Shown here in pieces: positions 26,108 to 38,211 of a DNA stretch of 64,000 bases. Below the pieces are notes generated by a model. It was given only the letters and a program-made list of their open reading frames with translations, had not been told where the DNA came from and ran no database searches. How positions within the stretch are numbered: position 1 is the stretch's first letter; the number at the start of each line of letters is the position of its first letter. The position numbers and the translations under genes are program-made. Source of the stretch: Selaginella moellendorffii (taxonomy: Eukaryota; Plantae; Lycopodiophyta); assembly GCF_000143415.4 (NCBI RefSeq), contig NW_003314274.1, forward strand, positions 2,799,690-2,863,689, written 5' to 3'.

Positions 26108-26122
26108 TTGATTCAGATTGTG
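26108..26122 (+). promoter_or_regulatory. Self-priming primer-binding site
   Basis: TTGATTCAGATTGTG is the exact reverse complement of LTR 26001-26015 CACAATCTGAATCAA. There is no TGG tRNA-type PBS. Confidence 0.85.
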
Positions 26123-26205
26123 TTTTTTCATTTTTTGATTTAGCTCGTTTTGATTGTTTGATTACCTTTTGCCTTTTTTTCCCCCTTTTTCCTTTCTTCT
26201 TGCTA

Positions 26206-27177
26206 ATGGAGTCTCCAAGCCATCCTGATTTCTTTGCTGAAGTCCTTGCAAAAATCCAGTCTGAGAATACCGAGCTGAAGGCGACCCTTCTTCGCATGCA
26301 GCAGGAGCTTGCTTCACTTTCGGCTCAAGGATCCAGCAAAGTTCCTGAACCGAAGGTGAGCTTCCCGGCAAAATTTTCAGGCAAGCGTTCAGAGCTTCGC
26401 GGATTCCTGAACCAGATGGAGTTGATCTTCGCACTTCAACATCGGCGGTACCCTACTCCCAAGTCTCAAATCGGCGCAATTGGGACGTTGCTCGAAGGTG
26501 CAGCTTTGTCATGGTTTTCTCCTCTTCTGGAGAAGAGCATGAAAGGGGTCATGGTTCCAGAGCTGATGGATCTTCAATTGTTCAAAGAGAAGCTCGAAGT
26601 ATGTTTTGGCGAGACGGATCGGGTTCGGGCTGCTACCACAAAGATGAGACGTCTCTCTCAGGGGTCTCGTCCTGCCTCGATCTATGCTGCAGAGTTCCAA
26701 CTCCTTGCTTTGGACACTCAGTGGGATGAGCGGGCCCTGATTGACCAATTTCGTTTCGGCCTCAACAACGGTGTTAAGGATTTGTTGCTCACCATGGAGG
26801 ATCCCAAGGACCTGTCGGATGCCATCAACAAAGCTGTTTAATGTGACAATCATCTCTTTGAACGTCGTCAGGAAAGTCACCGCGCCGCTGTTTTTCCGTC
26901 CCAGACTCAGGAATCCCAGCTTGAGTCTTCGGGGCATACTCCTGAACCTACTACTCCAGTTCCAATGGATATTTCTGGTACTCCCCGACTCATTAGAGGG
27001 AAGTTGAGTCCTGCTGAGAAGCAACGTCGAATATCTCATAATCTTTGCCTCTATTGTGCTGATCCTAATCACAAAGCAGCTGTATGTCCCAAGAAGCTTC
27101 CTCGACTGCTCGAGTTCACTCTGCCTCAAAGTCCACCTCTATTGCAGTCGGGAAACAACCCTGTCCAAACAGAGTAG
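26206..27177 (+). pseudogene. gag: Retrotransposon gag with one internal stop (26839-26841)
   Basis: PAKFSGKRSELRGFL, LLEGAALSWF, LSQGSRPASIYAAEF, QFRFGLNNGVKD, and zinc knuckle CLYCADPNHKAAVC. Confidence 0.92.
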
Positions 27178-27197
27178 GAGCTGTCTGTTTGGACTCC
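27150..27197 (+). promoter_or_regulatory. -1 programmed ribosomal frameshift signal
   Basis: G-GGA-AAC in the gag frame (27150-27156), a 6-nt spacer, then a perfect 11-bp stem GTCCAAACAGA (27163-27173) / TCTGTTTGGAC (27184-27194). pol is in the -1 frame. Confidence 0.85.
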
Positions 27198-30100
27198 CCG
27201 AATAAAAATCACTTTTCTTCTTTATCAAGCTCCTCACCACCTTTCATCAAAGCCACCACCAATTCCCGCAACTTCCGTGTCCCATGTCTCCTTTCTTTCA
27301 CCGGACAATCAGGACTCAAGGCTTTGGCGCTACTGGACTCGGGTGCAACTTCCTGCTTCATGGACACGGACTTTGCTGCCCGACATCACGTTCCTCTTTC
27401 TCCTACAATACGGGATCTAAGGGTTGAAGGCATCGGTGGGCATTTTGTGTCTCCATCTTCTGGACTTAGGGAAATGTTGCCCGTTCGAGTACACATTGGG
27501 TCCACCATCACCGATATCGCCTTCAACATCATCAATAGCAAGTCCTCCTCTGTGGTGCTCGGTCTTCCTTGGTTCCAACTACATCAGCCTCAGATTTGTT
27601 GGAAGGACTTACAGCTCATCTCTCCCACATCACCATCTCCCACGGCTTCCCCTGCTGTTCATCGAGTCTGAATCAGGAAAAGTTCCCTAAACTCAAATCG
27701 GGGTTCTGTTCCTGACTCTACGAAGTTTTCACCCTCTTCTTTTTCCTCTCTTCCGTCTTACACTGGACAGTATCCTCATCTCATCATTCCATTTAGTCGT
27801 ACACCTCCTCCTATCTCCACAATCACTATGCAAGAACTCCTTCATGAAGAACCTATTTTCCTTTTTGCTTTGCATGTTTTTCCTGTCAGTCTTCCTGAGA
27901 AGTATCATGATTTTGGGGATGTGTTTGACAAGAAAAAAGCTAGTGTATTGCCTGCTCATCGGCCTTATGACTGTCCCATTGATTTACAGGAAGGACCGTC
28001 GCCTCCGTGGGGGCCTATCTACGGGTTATCCCCGTCCGAGCTTAAGGCCCTCAAAGAGTATGTGGATGAGAACCTTGCCTCAGGGTTCATTCAGCATTCG
28101 CAGTCCCCAGCTGGAGCGCCTGTCTTCTTTATCAAGAAGAAGGATGGGAGTTTGATTACCCAGTCCTCAATCGATTACCAAGGTTTGAACAAGGTGACTG
28201 TTCGGAACCGTTATCCGCTGCCCCTAATCTCGGACCTGTTGGAACGCCTCGGCAGTGCCCACTTCTTCACCAAGATTGACCTCCGTGGCGCATACAACTT
28301 GATCCGGATCCGGCCTGGTGATGAATGGAAGACTGCGTTCCGAACCCGCTATGGCCACTTCGAGTACACTGTCATGCCATTTGGCTTGACAAATGCTCCA
28401 GCAGTTTTCCAACACATGGCGAACAACGTCTTTCGGGAGTTTCTTGATCAGATGGTGATTGTCTACCTCGATGACATCCTCATCTACTCAAGAACTCAGG
28501 AGGAGCATGACGAACATGTACGCAAGGTGCTGGCGAAGCTGCGAGAACACGGCCTATACGCGAAGCTTGAGAAATGTTCCTTCGATCAGCAGTCTGTGGA
28601 GTTCCTTGGGTACATTGTCACTCCTGAGGGTATCACAATGGATCCTGCCAAAGTCAAGACTATTCTCGAGTGGGAGCCTCCACAATCAATGTCGGACGTT
28701 CAGGTTTTCCTTGGCTTCGCCAACTTCTACCGCAAATTCATTGATCACTACTCTGATATTGTCCTTCCCCTCACGCATCTCACTCGCAAGGATGTTCCCT
28801 TCTCTTGGTCTACTGCTGCCTAGCACGCCTTCGATACTCTCAAGGCAGCCTTCAGTTCTGCTCATGTTTTGATCCATGCTGATTCCTCACAACCTTTCTT
28901 CATCAAGGCTGACGCCTCCGACTTTGCCATCGGTGCTGTGCTGTCTCAACTCAGAGCGGATCAAGAACTTCATCCAGTCGCTTTCCATTCTCGGAAATTC
29001 CAGCCTGCGGAGATCAATTACGAAATCCACGACAAGGAGCTCTTTGCCATCGTGGATTCCTTTGGAGAGTGGCGTTGTTTCTTGGAGGGGGCGGGCCATC
29101 AAACAACAGTCTAGACGGATCACAAAAATCTTGAGTACTTTGCCACTTCTCGAGTTTTAAGCCGTCGTCAAGCAAGGTGGGCACAATTCCTGAGTCGGTT
29201 TGACTTTGTTATCAAGTACAGACCTGGAAAGCTTCAAGGCCTTCCTGATGCTCTTTCAAGGCGCTCCTATCTCAGTCTCAGGCCTGGTAATCCTGCCTTC
29301 GATCAACAAGATCAAATTATCCTCGGTCCTAATCGGCTTCAAGTTATGGCAATTTCCCTAGCCCCTTAGGACTCCTCCTTGATGGATGCCATCAGAAACA
29401 ATCTTCAATCCGATGATCTCGCCAGTGACATTTTCCCCCATCTTCAGGCTGGACACCCTGTGACTCCTGACTACCGGCGATTTGACGAGTTCGAGTTCTT
29501 AGATGGCTTATTATACCGTGGGGAGCAGCTTTACGTTCCTGAAGGTGATGCTCGAAGGTTGGTCCTAATGGCGTGCCACGATAGCCCGACTGCTGGTCAC
29601 TTCGGCATTGCGAAAACCTATGAGCTAGTTGCACGGGACTTTTGGTGGCCTCACATAGACGCTACATCAAAGCTTTTGTTACCTCCTGTGACACTTGTGC
29701 CCGGAATAAGGTACCTCGCCACCTTCCTTCAGGTTTGCTTCGTTCCCTTTCGGTCCCTTCAGGTCCTTGGGAATCCATCTCCATGGATTTCTTGAGTGAT
29801 CTTCCAAGTTCTGGAGGCTTCAACAGCATTTTAGTCGTGGTGGATCGCTTCACAAAGATGGCGCACTTCTTGCCATGTACCAAGGAGTTTTCGGGCGAGG
29901 ACATGGCAAAACTGGTATTCAGGGAAATTTTCCGACTTCATGGGATTCCTATAGATGTGGTTTCGGATCGGGGGCCTCAGTTCATCTCTCATTTCTGGCA
30001 ACGGTTTTTGCAGCTACTTGGAGTGAAGGCCAACTTCTCTTCGGCGTATCATCCTCAAACTGATGGGCAGTCCGAGCGAACGATTCAGACGTTGGAACAA

Positions 30101-30928
30101 TTCTTGAGGTGCTTCATCAACTATCATCAGGATAACTGGTTCGATATCCTTCCCCTTGCTGAGTTCTTCTATAACAACTCTATTCACTCCTCTCTTTAAA
30201 TTTCCCCCTTCTTTGCAAACTCTGGCCGAAATCCCCGATTCAATCTCTCACTTCCTTCTCCATCCGAATCCTCTCATTCAAATCCCCGCTCTGAGGCATT
30301 TGTCTCCAACCTCCAAGAAATCCACAACTCCATCTCCTTCCACCTCCATCGTGCTCAGGAATCTCACGAAACATTTGCCAATGTCCATCGTCAGGATTGT
30401 CCCCCTTACAATATCGGGGATAAAGTTTGGCTCCTCAGGCGAAATATCTCCACCACCAGGCCCTGTCCAAAACTTGATTTCAAATGCCTCGGTCCTTTCC
30501 CTATCACTGCCATCATTAATCCTGTCACTTATCGCCTTGCACTTCCCTCCTCATATCAAATTCACCCCGTTTTTTACTCCTCTCTCCTTGAGCCTTATAT
30601 TCCCAGTCCTATTCCCAATCGGGTCATTCCTCCACCTCCACCAGTGCAGCTTGAGGATGGGTCTGAGTACGAGGTTCAGGACATCCTTGATTCCAAGATT
30701 TCACGGTCTAAACTCTACTATCTGGTCGACTGAAAGGGTTACGGGCCTGAAGAACGCACTTGGGAACCTGCGGACAACCTAATTCATTCTCCTGACCTTG
30801 TTTAGGACTTCCATCGCCGCTATCCTAGTCGTCCCAGTCCTCATTCTTTTTCTCCATCTCCCATCCCTCACCGCTCATCTCATCCTCCTCGTCGTTCTCA
30901 TTCACATTCTCGTTCCACTCGTTCTTGA
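27150..30928 (+). pseudogene. pol: Retrotransposon pol (PR-RT-RNaseH-IN-chromodomain) with several stops and a frameshift
   Basis: ALLDSGATSCF; FTKIDLRGAYN..VMPFGLTNAP..VYLDDILIY; DASDFAIGAVL..DKELFAI; HDSPTAGHFG..CDTC, SMDF, SDRGPQF, TDGQSER; EYEVQDILDSK..YLVD*KGYGPEERTWEP. Confidence 0.95.
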
Positions 30929-30939
30929 GGAGGGGGTGC

Positions 30940-31301
30940 TGTCAGGAATCCCCCAATCCTTGCCACATTCCTGACTCTCGCCGGATTCCTGACCTGCAGA
31001 CCACATTCCTGACTCTCGAGACACTTCCCTATTCCTGACTCTCAAGACACTTCCCGATTCCTGAGTCTCGAGCCACATTCCTGATGATGATGTGGCGCCT
31101 CCTCGACCTCAGCTATATTTAGGCCGTCCTCGATCCAAGAGTGGTGGAGCTTCATCAACCTATAGTATATATAGATTAGCCTTATTCCATTTCTCCACAA
31201 TCTGAATCAACACCAGTCTAAGGCCTCTTCTTTGTTTTCACTAGCTTTTTCTCTTTGTCTTTAGCATTTTTCCAGTCTTGATCTTGTTGGGGGTCTTGAC
31301 A
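30940..31301 (+). repeat. 3' LTR (362 bp)
   Basis: Differs from the 5' LTR by 6 substitutions and 1 indel (manual count). Confidence 0.97.
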
Positions 31302-32078
31302 ATATCAAGCTCTAAAATCAAGCTTTGGATATGAAAGCTTCTCTAGCAAGAGTCTCAGAATATAATTGAAAGGGGGAAGAATGCATGTTAGTCGTCATTT
31401 CTATTGTCACTTGAATATTCACAACAACAGAATTATAACTTGAAATTTTGTACCATATTAATATATAACTAATTTATAGATACTTTCAGTTTAATTTAGA
31501 TTTATTTGAAGCTATAATATAAACCAAAATATTTTTTAATCTAAAAATTCCCATAAAAATAAAAAGTTAAAAAAAATTTATATAAAAACTACTCAAACCT
31601 AAATATCCTAAGACTTTTAACCAATTGCAAAAACTCTTGTTTAAAAACCTTTTTCCTTTATTTAAACTTTTTTGTATCTTCTAGAGAGTCATTCTTTTTG
31701 GTTGCATATAATCCACCATTCTTCCTTGGAAACTCACAATGTAAATTTATACTACTATATTATAATTCATCTATAATTTATCATTTTTCATTTATCTGAT
31801 AATTCTTTTATCATTTATCTGATAACAAATTATAATACATCTGATAAATTTAACCTTGTATACAATAAAATTAGAAAAGAAGATCTATTTATTTTGGGTA
31901 TGCTATCTCCCAGTGGAGCTGGGGTCTCTGCTAGTCCTTCTATATTTAAAAGAGCAAGGGCGACATATTCAATCGAGATTCTTTTCAAGCTTAATGGTGG
32001 AGATGAAAACACGTGGGAAAAACAGTTGAGAGTGGAACGTTTTTATTTTTTTAAGGTAAACCAGTTTTTTTTCAATGC

Positions 32079-33423
32079 AATGGGCATAAGTCATTTTCAT
32101 TTCCATCTTGCTGCATCTTCTGTTGTTTCTCCAGCTCTACAAACATGGAGTTATAATCTGTGACAAATGCTATGCTGTTCATTGAAGCATGTGAGCTTCT
32201 GTATCAAAGGTAAATGTAAATAATCTCTCTTCCCAATTTTATGTCCTTTTCCAACAGTTTATGTCCATAAATTCCAACGACTGGACAGACAAAGGGGTTG
32301 AGCTTATGCTGTTTATTGGTGGCAATGCAGCTGCAAATGCTGCATACGAGGCCTTTGTTCCTAAATCTTGGTAAAAGACCCATGCCAGAATCATCCAATC
32401 AAGAGCAATTAGTATGAAAGACAAGAATTTGTAAAGCCATCTATGCGTTTGGCTTCCTCTTGTCAAGAATCGACATTATTTCAAGGCAAGAAGTTTCTTC
32501 TGTTCAATGCTTCAATTCTAGAGGTAAAAATTTTAACTGCAAGGTCTGCAAGGATTTGTTGGATTGATTCGAGTGCATGTAATAAAAGCCATAAACCTTA
32601 CAGTGAGGGACTTCATGATTGGTGACCCTTATGTTGTTCTCACCCTAGGAAACCAGGTATGTGTCGTTCCTATTAATACAGCTCAAGCAAGTTGAGGAAG
32701 ATTTGCGAAGCACAAAGGCAAAACATAAAGACTTTCAGAAGCAAGTTGTAAGAATCTCAAGAGAACTGAGTTTTACAACCATACACGTTTTATCAGCCCT
32801 TTCCTAAACCGGCCATAGTCTATTGTTTAGCAAGATTGGCCAAAGTTAATGTTATAAGCCTCATTATAATAAGAATCAAGCAGTGTCTACCTACTACCTT
32901 CTAAATCTCCTCAAAATCTGTGCATACTTGCACACATCTTGGATAGGAGAAATCCCAACACATTGCAATGCAGTCCCGGCATGCTGCAAATTTGGAGAGC
33001 CAAGTGCTGAATTTCCTACAAAATAAAGAGTAGGATCTTGAAAGGCTTCTTGAATGTTCTTTCCTTGCTGCTCTACAATTACCTAGCATGCTAGGTGAAA
33101 GTCTGCAAGAATTCACCAGCAATCATCCAGTCTTGAGCATGTTGCTACCAACTCTACAGTCATGTACAGTTGACCAGCTTCTAGCTTTGTATGAGCACTG
33201 GGCCGTGGTGCAGGGATTTATCTGGGGAATCAACTCCTTCAATAATGGGGTGTGAACTCAGCAATGTAAACTTGGCTTTCCATTATCTGAAACTAATTGA
33301 AAATCCAATCTTTTCAGGTGCTTGCATCCCGAGTTTGCATACAGATGAATGCTTCACAAACAAACGAAAGCCCATAGAATGATCTAAACATAGTTCACAA
33401 TGCTGCTCAACAGTTATTTAAAA
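32079..33423. repeat. ~1.35-kb segment duplicated at 60615-62045
   Basis: Colinear near-identical sequence from caatgggcataagtcattttc to gttatttaaa. Copy 1 lacks ~75 nt present at ~60950-61025. Confidence 0.95.
32258..32656 (+). pseudogene. ARF-GAP + C2 domain (AGD12/ZAC-like) fragment, copy 1
   Basis: DWTDKGVELMLFIGGNAAANAAYEAFVPKS and FVGLIRVHVIK..VRDFMIGDPYVVLTLGNQ. Confidence 0.8.
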
Positions 33424-33607
33424 ACTTGTTAAAAAAATAACAAAAAATATGGAATAACTTGTTAAATAATAAAAACAGCATTCGTTTTACAACCCTTCCA
33501 CTTTTGCCAGAATATGTGGCTACAGGTACGAACACATACTACTCATCATGTTAATTGTGAATGAATTTTCCTTTATATAGCTTCCTCCTGATTGGGTTCA
33601 ACGATCA

Positions 33608-33841
33608 ATGGAGTGTTCTTTTTCATGCGAAAATGGTGATAAAGTCTTTTTTGTGTTTGAAGAAAACAGTGAATTCATGTTTGAACTTCTAAACAATGAC
33701 TATAGAAGTTTCAAATTCAAGACTGATACAAAATGGCAAGAATTCCTGTGCAAACAGCAAGCAAAAGTAGGAGACATTTGTAAGATAAAATGTAAAGATG
33801 GACAGATTGTTGCAAAGATACATAAAATTAGACAATGCTAG
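33608..33841 (+). CDS. Small B3-domain-like ORF (77 aa) inside Helitron
   Basis: Intact ATG-to-TAG with TATA-like TTTATATAG ~35 nt upstream. TKWQEFLCKQQAKVGDICKI resembles the B3 WxxFxxxxxLxxGDxxxF motif. Confidence 0.45.
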   Translation: MECSFSCENGDKVFFVFEENSEFMFELLNNDYRSFKFKTDTKWQEFLCKQQAKVGDICKIKCKDGQIVAKIHKIRQC

Positions 33842-33977
33842 AAGAAGCTTACATACTAGCTTTATTCTTTCTCTATGTAGGGCTAAACAGTGCTTTTTGC
33901 AAATTCCAGAACAAAACAAAACAAAAAATAGAAAAAAAAACTTCATTATCTGGCTCTATACTACAGAAGAAAGAAGA

Positions 33978-34660
33978 TACTTGCTCCAGTGTCGGTTGCT
34001 ACCATGTCTTCCTCACTTCATCGTCGTCATCATGTCAGCTGCTGCTTGATCGCCAGTAGTTGTCGTGCAAATTCTCTCCTTCTCAAGCTCCCGATGCACT
34101 GCCACCACTAGCAGGAGCACTGTTGGTGTTGGATCCTATCAGAACAAACACAGAAAAAAGTTAGAATGAGTGAATGAAGAACAAACAAACAACTCATGAA
34201 TTTTCAAATACATACCTGGAGGACTTTTCCGGTCACTATTGTCACCAGCAGCAGCACTGCCTTGATCAGAAGACAGGTTTGTGTTGCCCTCGTCCTCACT
34301 ACGACCACTGCCGTACTCATTGGCATTGTCATCAGCTCCCCGATGTCGTGCTGCTAATCGTGTTAAGCGTGCTCTCAAAGAGCCCATCTCGCTTGGACAG
34401 ACAGCATCTTGCGCCGCCTGAAGCAATGCCATGCCTGTTAGGCACCAGGTCAGGATAATAGGATAAGGAAAGGGCCCTACAATCAAGTGATCACCCCTTT
34501 AGCCAGTTGGCTTAGGGTGTAAGGGATAGGATCCTAACAATGCCTTCTTGCGAGACAGGATTACAGCCAGAGCCAAGCCCTAGGAGATGGTGACGCACAT
34601 GAGTAGCTGTACCTGTGCATTAGACGCCACCGATATTGCATCTCCCCAGGGCACTAACCT
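33978..34660 (-). pseudogene. Decayed spliced gene with possible BED-type zinc finger and low-complexity tail
   Basis: GRCNIGGV*CTGTATHVRHHLLGLGSG near 34645-34565, followed by an acidic/Ser-rich exon (ending ~34216) and a GT-AG intron. Confidence 0.35.
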
Positions 34661-35891
34661 GTCTGACAGAATGGTTCATGCAGAATGCTTGCTTGAGTCT
34701 CTCCTCGCCAAGCTCACGAATAATAGATATGGAGACCTTAACTGAGGTCAATTAGCCTTATAATAAAGACTCCTCAGGGGATCACCGAGTGCTCTTCCGA
34801 TTTGTTCTCATCGCAAGTTCCGAAGTGTAAGAACAAATGGCTACAATAAAACACCAATACATAGTTTCTGTTCTTGCATTGCACCAGAGAAAACTCCAAT
34901 GTCAGATAATAAATTGTGAGATATTGTTTACTTGTTCTTGGTTTTTATACTGCTCGAGAAATTCAACATTGTCAGTATGCAGTCTTAGTGAAAATCATAA
35001 CAAAGAATCAAAAGGAGAGATTTCAACCAGATATTTGTTGCATTTCGAAATAATAACTTGATACCACTGCGTTTTGTCTGCCAAACGGATTTGGCCAGTT
35101 CAGGAAGTTCTGTCGCCTGATTATTTTGGTTGCAAAGGTACAAGTCTTTACTGCTATACATTGTCATGCATGTTGTTCCAGGATAGCAGTTTAAGGCACT
35201 TCAGGATAATCCCAAAGATAACGTCAGTGTAGCAGAACTGGGCTATCCATTTTTCTACACGAAGCTAGCACGCAGCAACTACAGTGATATCAAAGAAGAG
35301 GCCATGGTGGACGTCATTAATGCTGTGAGGAAGCGACCACAAGGACTTGATGGAGTTTCTCAACTTCTTAAAAGAGTTATATTTGGCTTCTGAATACCTG
35401 CTAAAAACTGGAATTACACCCTATCTGCCTATGTCCAGGACTCTGTTGATCCATGTGCGGACTTGTGTAATGTGATAGTCAAACTGTTGCACAAAATCTA
35501 AAAAATCTTTAAATACGTATTTCTATTTGGTCAGAGCTTCATATTAAACCAAGAACAAAAAGACTTAGACCAGCATGGCTACAAGGAAGCCATAGATCTC
35601 TCAAACCCAAAGCAATCTAGCATTTGTGTGTTATCCATGAAAAGACTAAGCTCCGCACAGCATCCGTTGAACATTATGTCTTTCATGCTCTGGGGTTCTA
35701 ATGCATTTGTTTAGCATTGGTTAGACTGTAGTTCAAAGAAAGATAATCACTTAAAGTTTATCCATAGTGATGAAAAGACCTTGAATTTAAATTTACGAAA
35801 CAGATATTCTCTATTATAAAAACAGTTACAACAAGACTAGCTTCAAAACATTTTCACGTGTACCTAGGTTAATCAATACTTTCTCGAGGAA

Positions 35892-36678
35892 ATGGCAGAG
35901 AGAAGCAACGAAGCAGAAAAAATGGAGAAGTGGATGAAGGCTACAAGTGAAATAGAGAAAAGAGGAATTAAGTGCGTATGCCGTCGTGACTTCATGATAA
36001 ACGAAAGGTAATTTAGATTTAGATTCGAAAAGATGGTTAATGAAACCTTGTGAACGTGATAGATTCTTTCCAACTGACAGTCAAGCACGAAAACTTGATG
36101 TGCTTAGGTGTCCACCATCAGAATACATGTATGGCTTTGCTAGCAGTGATGGGGTCTCAAGAAAGATTACAACATATATAAGCAAAGTCAAACAGTTTAA
36201 GAGAATCAACAAGAGAAAGAATGTTGCACCGGGTAAGTGTGGATGTTATACTCTTTGTTCTCTACTTTTTTTTACAAAAACAAATCTATCACATGCAGGA
36301 TTCACAGCAGTATTCACAGCACAGATTCTAAATGGCAAGAAGTATAATAAGAATCGCCTACCAAACAAAGCAGAAGTACAAAAGGTATTTGATAAAAACA
36401 CAAGAGGAATCCATCCATATGTCTTCTCAGCATTGCATTATGGATATGGCATTCCATTTGACGTGTGTAAGGAACTAAAAAAGGAAACGGCTCAACGGCT
36501 TCTTAACAGTATGAATGAGTACCATCCAAAGTGAGGGGTGGAAAACTGGAAGCCAATCTGTCTTGAAGGCATTGTGCTGCAAATTAGTCTGGACTTTGCT
36601 AAAGAAATATTCGAATACAATCCATTCAATGATGCCGAAGATATGCTTGACATATGTATGAAGAAAGAATTGTTGTAG
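35892..36678 (+). pseudogene. Three-exon orphan gene upstream of RepHel, with one likely premature TGA
   Basis: TATA (TTATAAA ~35814). Exons 35892-36007, 36063-36232 and 36299-36678 join in phase through GT-AG introns of 55 and 66 nt. TGA at 36532 is followed by 47 open codons. Confidence 0.6.
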
Positions 36679-38211
36679 ATTAGACTTTATAGAATAAAAG
36701 TAATATTAGTCTATGAAAAAATTGTTATTAGTATTTGAAAAGAAAAACCAGTTTGACATAAAAGGATCAAAATCATCAGGTTCCAACTGTCATGCATGCA
36801 AAGTGTTCCATCAAAAGAGCAACAGGCTGCTGAGGACTACCTTGTCCAACTCTTTGAAGCCATCAATTTATGTGCCCTTCATGGCAAAAAGAGTCACAAT
36901 AAGTAAGTATTCAAATAACACACACAAAAAGATTATAGAATTTATCAACCAGCTTGAAAATTATACATTTAGCCTGTCAGCTTAAAGGAACCTTGGAGCA
37001 TTTCATTTGATACTACATTTCTTTTTCTTGCAAGTTCACGTAGAGTTTACCATGCAGCTTATACTTATTGATTAGAATCCTCAAATTTTCTTAGAAAATT
37101 GCTGCTACTTTCAGGCATAAATCAATGTTAATTTCAGGCATCCTCAACCACATATTTTTGGAAAATTAAATGTTCAAAATAAAACCACTGGAGCGTGAAA
37201 AAAATATGATCTCTGTTAGATCACTGGTATAAGTATAACTACCCATTCTCTTGCTGTCAATGTACTTGTGACCGGAAATTTAAAAAAAATTAGGTGTTAA
37301 CCCATGCTACTGATTCTTGGGTATGGGGTCATGATGAATGAGAGAGATACAATGAACAGAGGTATTGATCATGGCGTCTAATCCCAGAACATTGATGGAC
37401 ATTGAATGTACATCAGTGTGATAGTTGATATAGTATAGTATGTGAGAGTATATGGTATAGTGTGATGGAATGTATGATTATTTCATTTTATTAAGTTGGA
37501 CCTTGTGTTTATTATACAAAGCTCAACATGGATGTGTATGAAGACAAAAAGGAATGTTTGGCTTTTCATTGCACTCTTTTCTGTTCTTCTTGAAACACAA
37601 TCTTGTTCAGAGTTGTGAGTTGTGGTTATCAAGGTGGCTAAAAAATAGTCCACTGGCTATGTTACTGCTGCATGCACAAATTCATTGCAACACAGCTAGT
37701 GGAGTATTTTTTATGTGTTCAAGCTCGGGTCTGGGTATTCCTCATGTAGCTTGAGCTTTCTCACGTGTAGATCCATTTATGATACTAGATTTTGACACAA
37801 CACATTATAAGAAAGACCAGATACTAAACAACAGCATGGCTGTCCATTTGTCCAGTGTCAAAAAGGTATGTTTTCATGAAGATCTCATACATGAAATTAC
37901 ATGATAGATATGGAATCATGGTAAATATTTGCAGTATGCTTTTTCAGTATAATGAACCACAAAATTATCTTAGGGAAGCTTGCTACATGTCCCATCAATG
38001 TCTTCAACCAGTTACCAATGGAATGGATAGATTTTCAAAAAGAGTCTATCGGTAAAAATCCTAACTGATAAGTGTAGGGTTTCAAGACAAAAGAAAAACC
38101 ATCCCTCGATGGTGTCTTCCTAAAATCTATTTTCTATTCACTACTGCCATACAGCTCTATGCTCAAACTACTCTATTGCTATTTCACACTTAATCCACTT
38201 TCAAAAGCAAA

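Larger units (their letters stand above)
25745..31301 (+). mobile_element. Full-length Ty3/gypsy chromovirus (Tcn1/Tf1-sushi-like) LTR retrotransposon, disabled
   Basis: TG..CA LTRs, 5-bp TSD ATATC (25740-25744 and 31302-31306), PPT GAGGAGGGGG at 30927-30936, and gag-PR-RT-RH-IN-chromodomain order. Confidence 0.97.
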
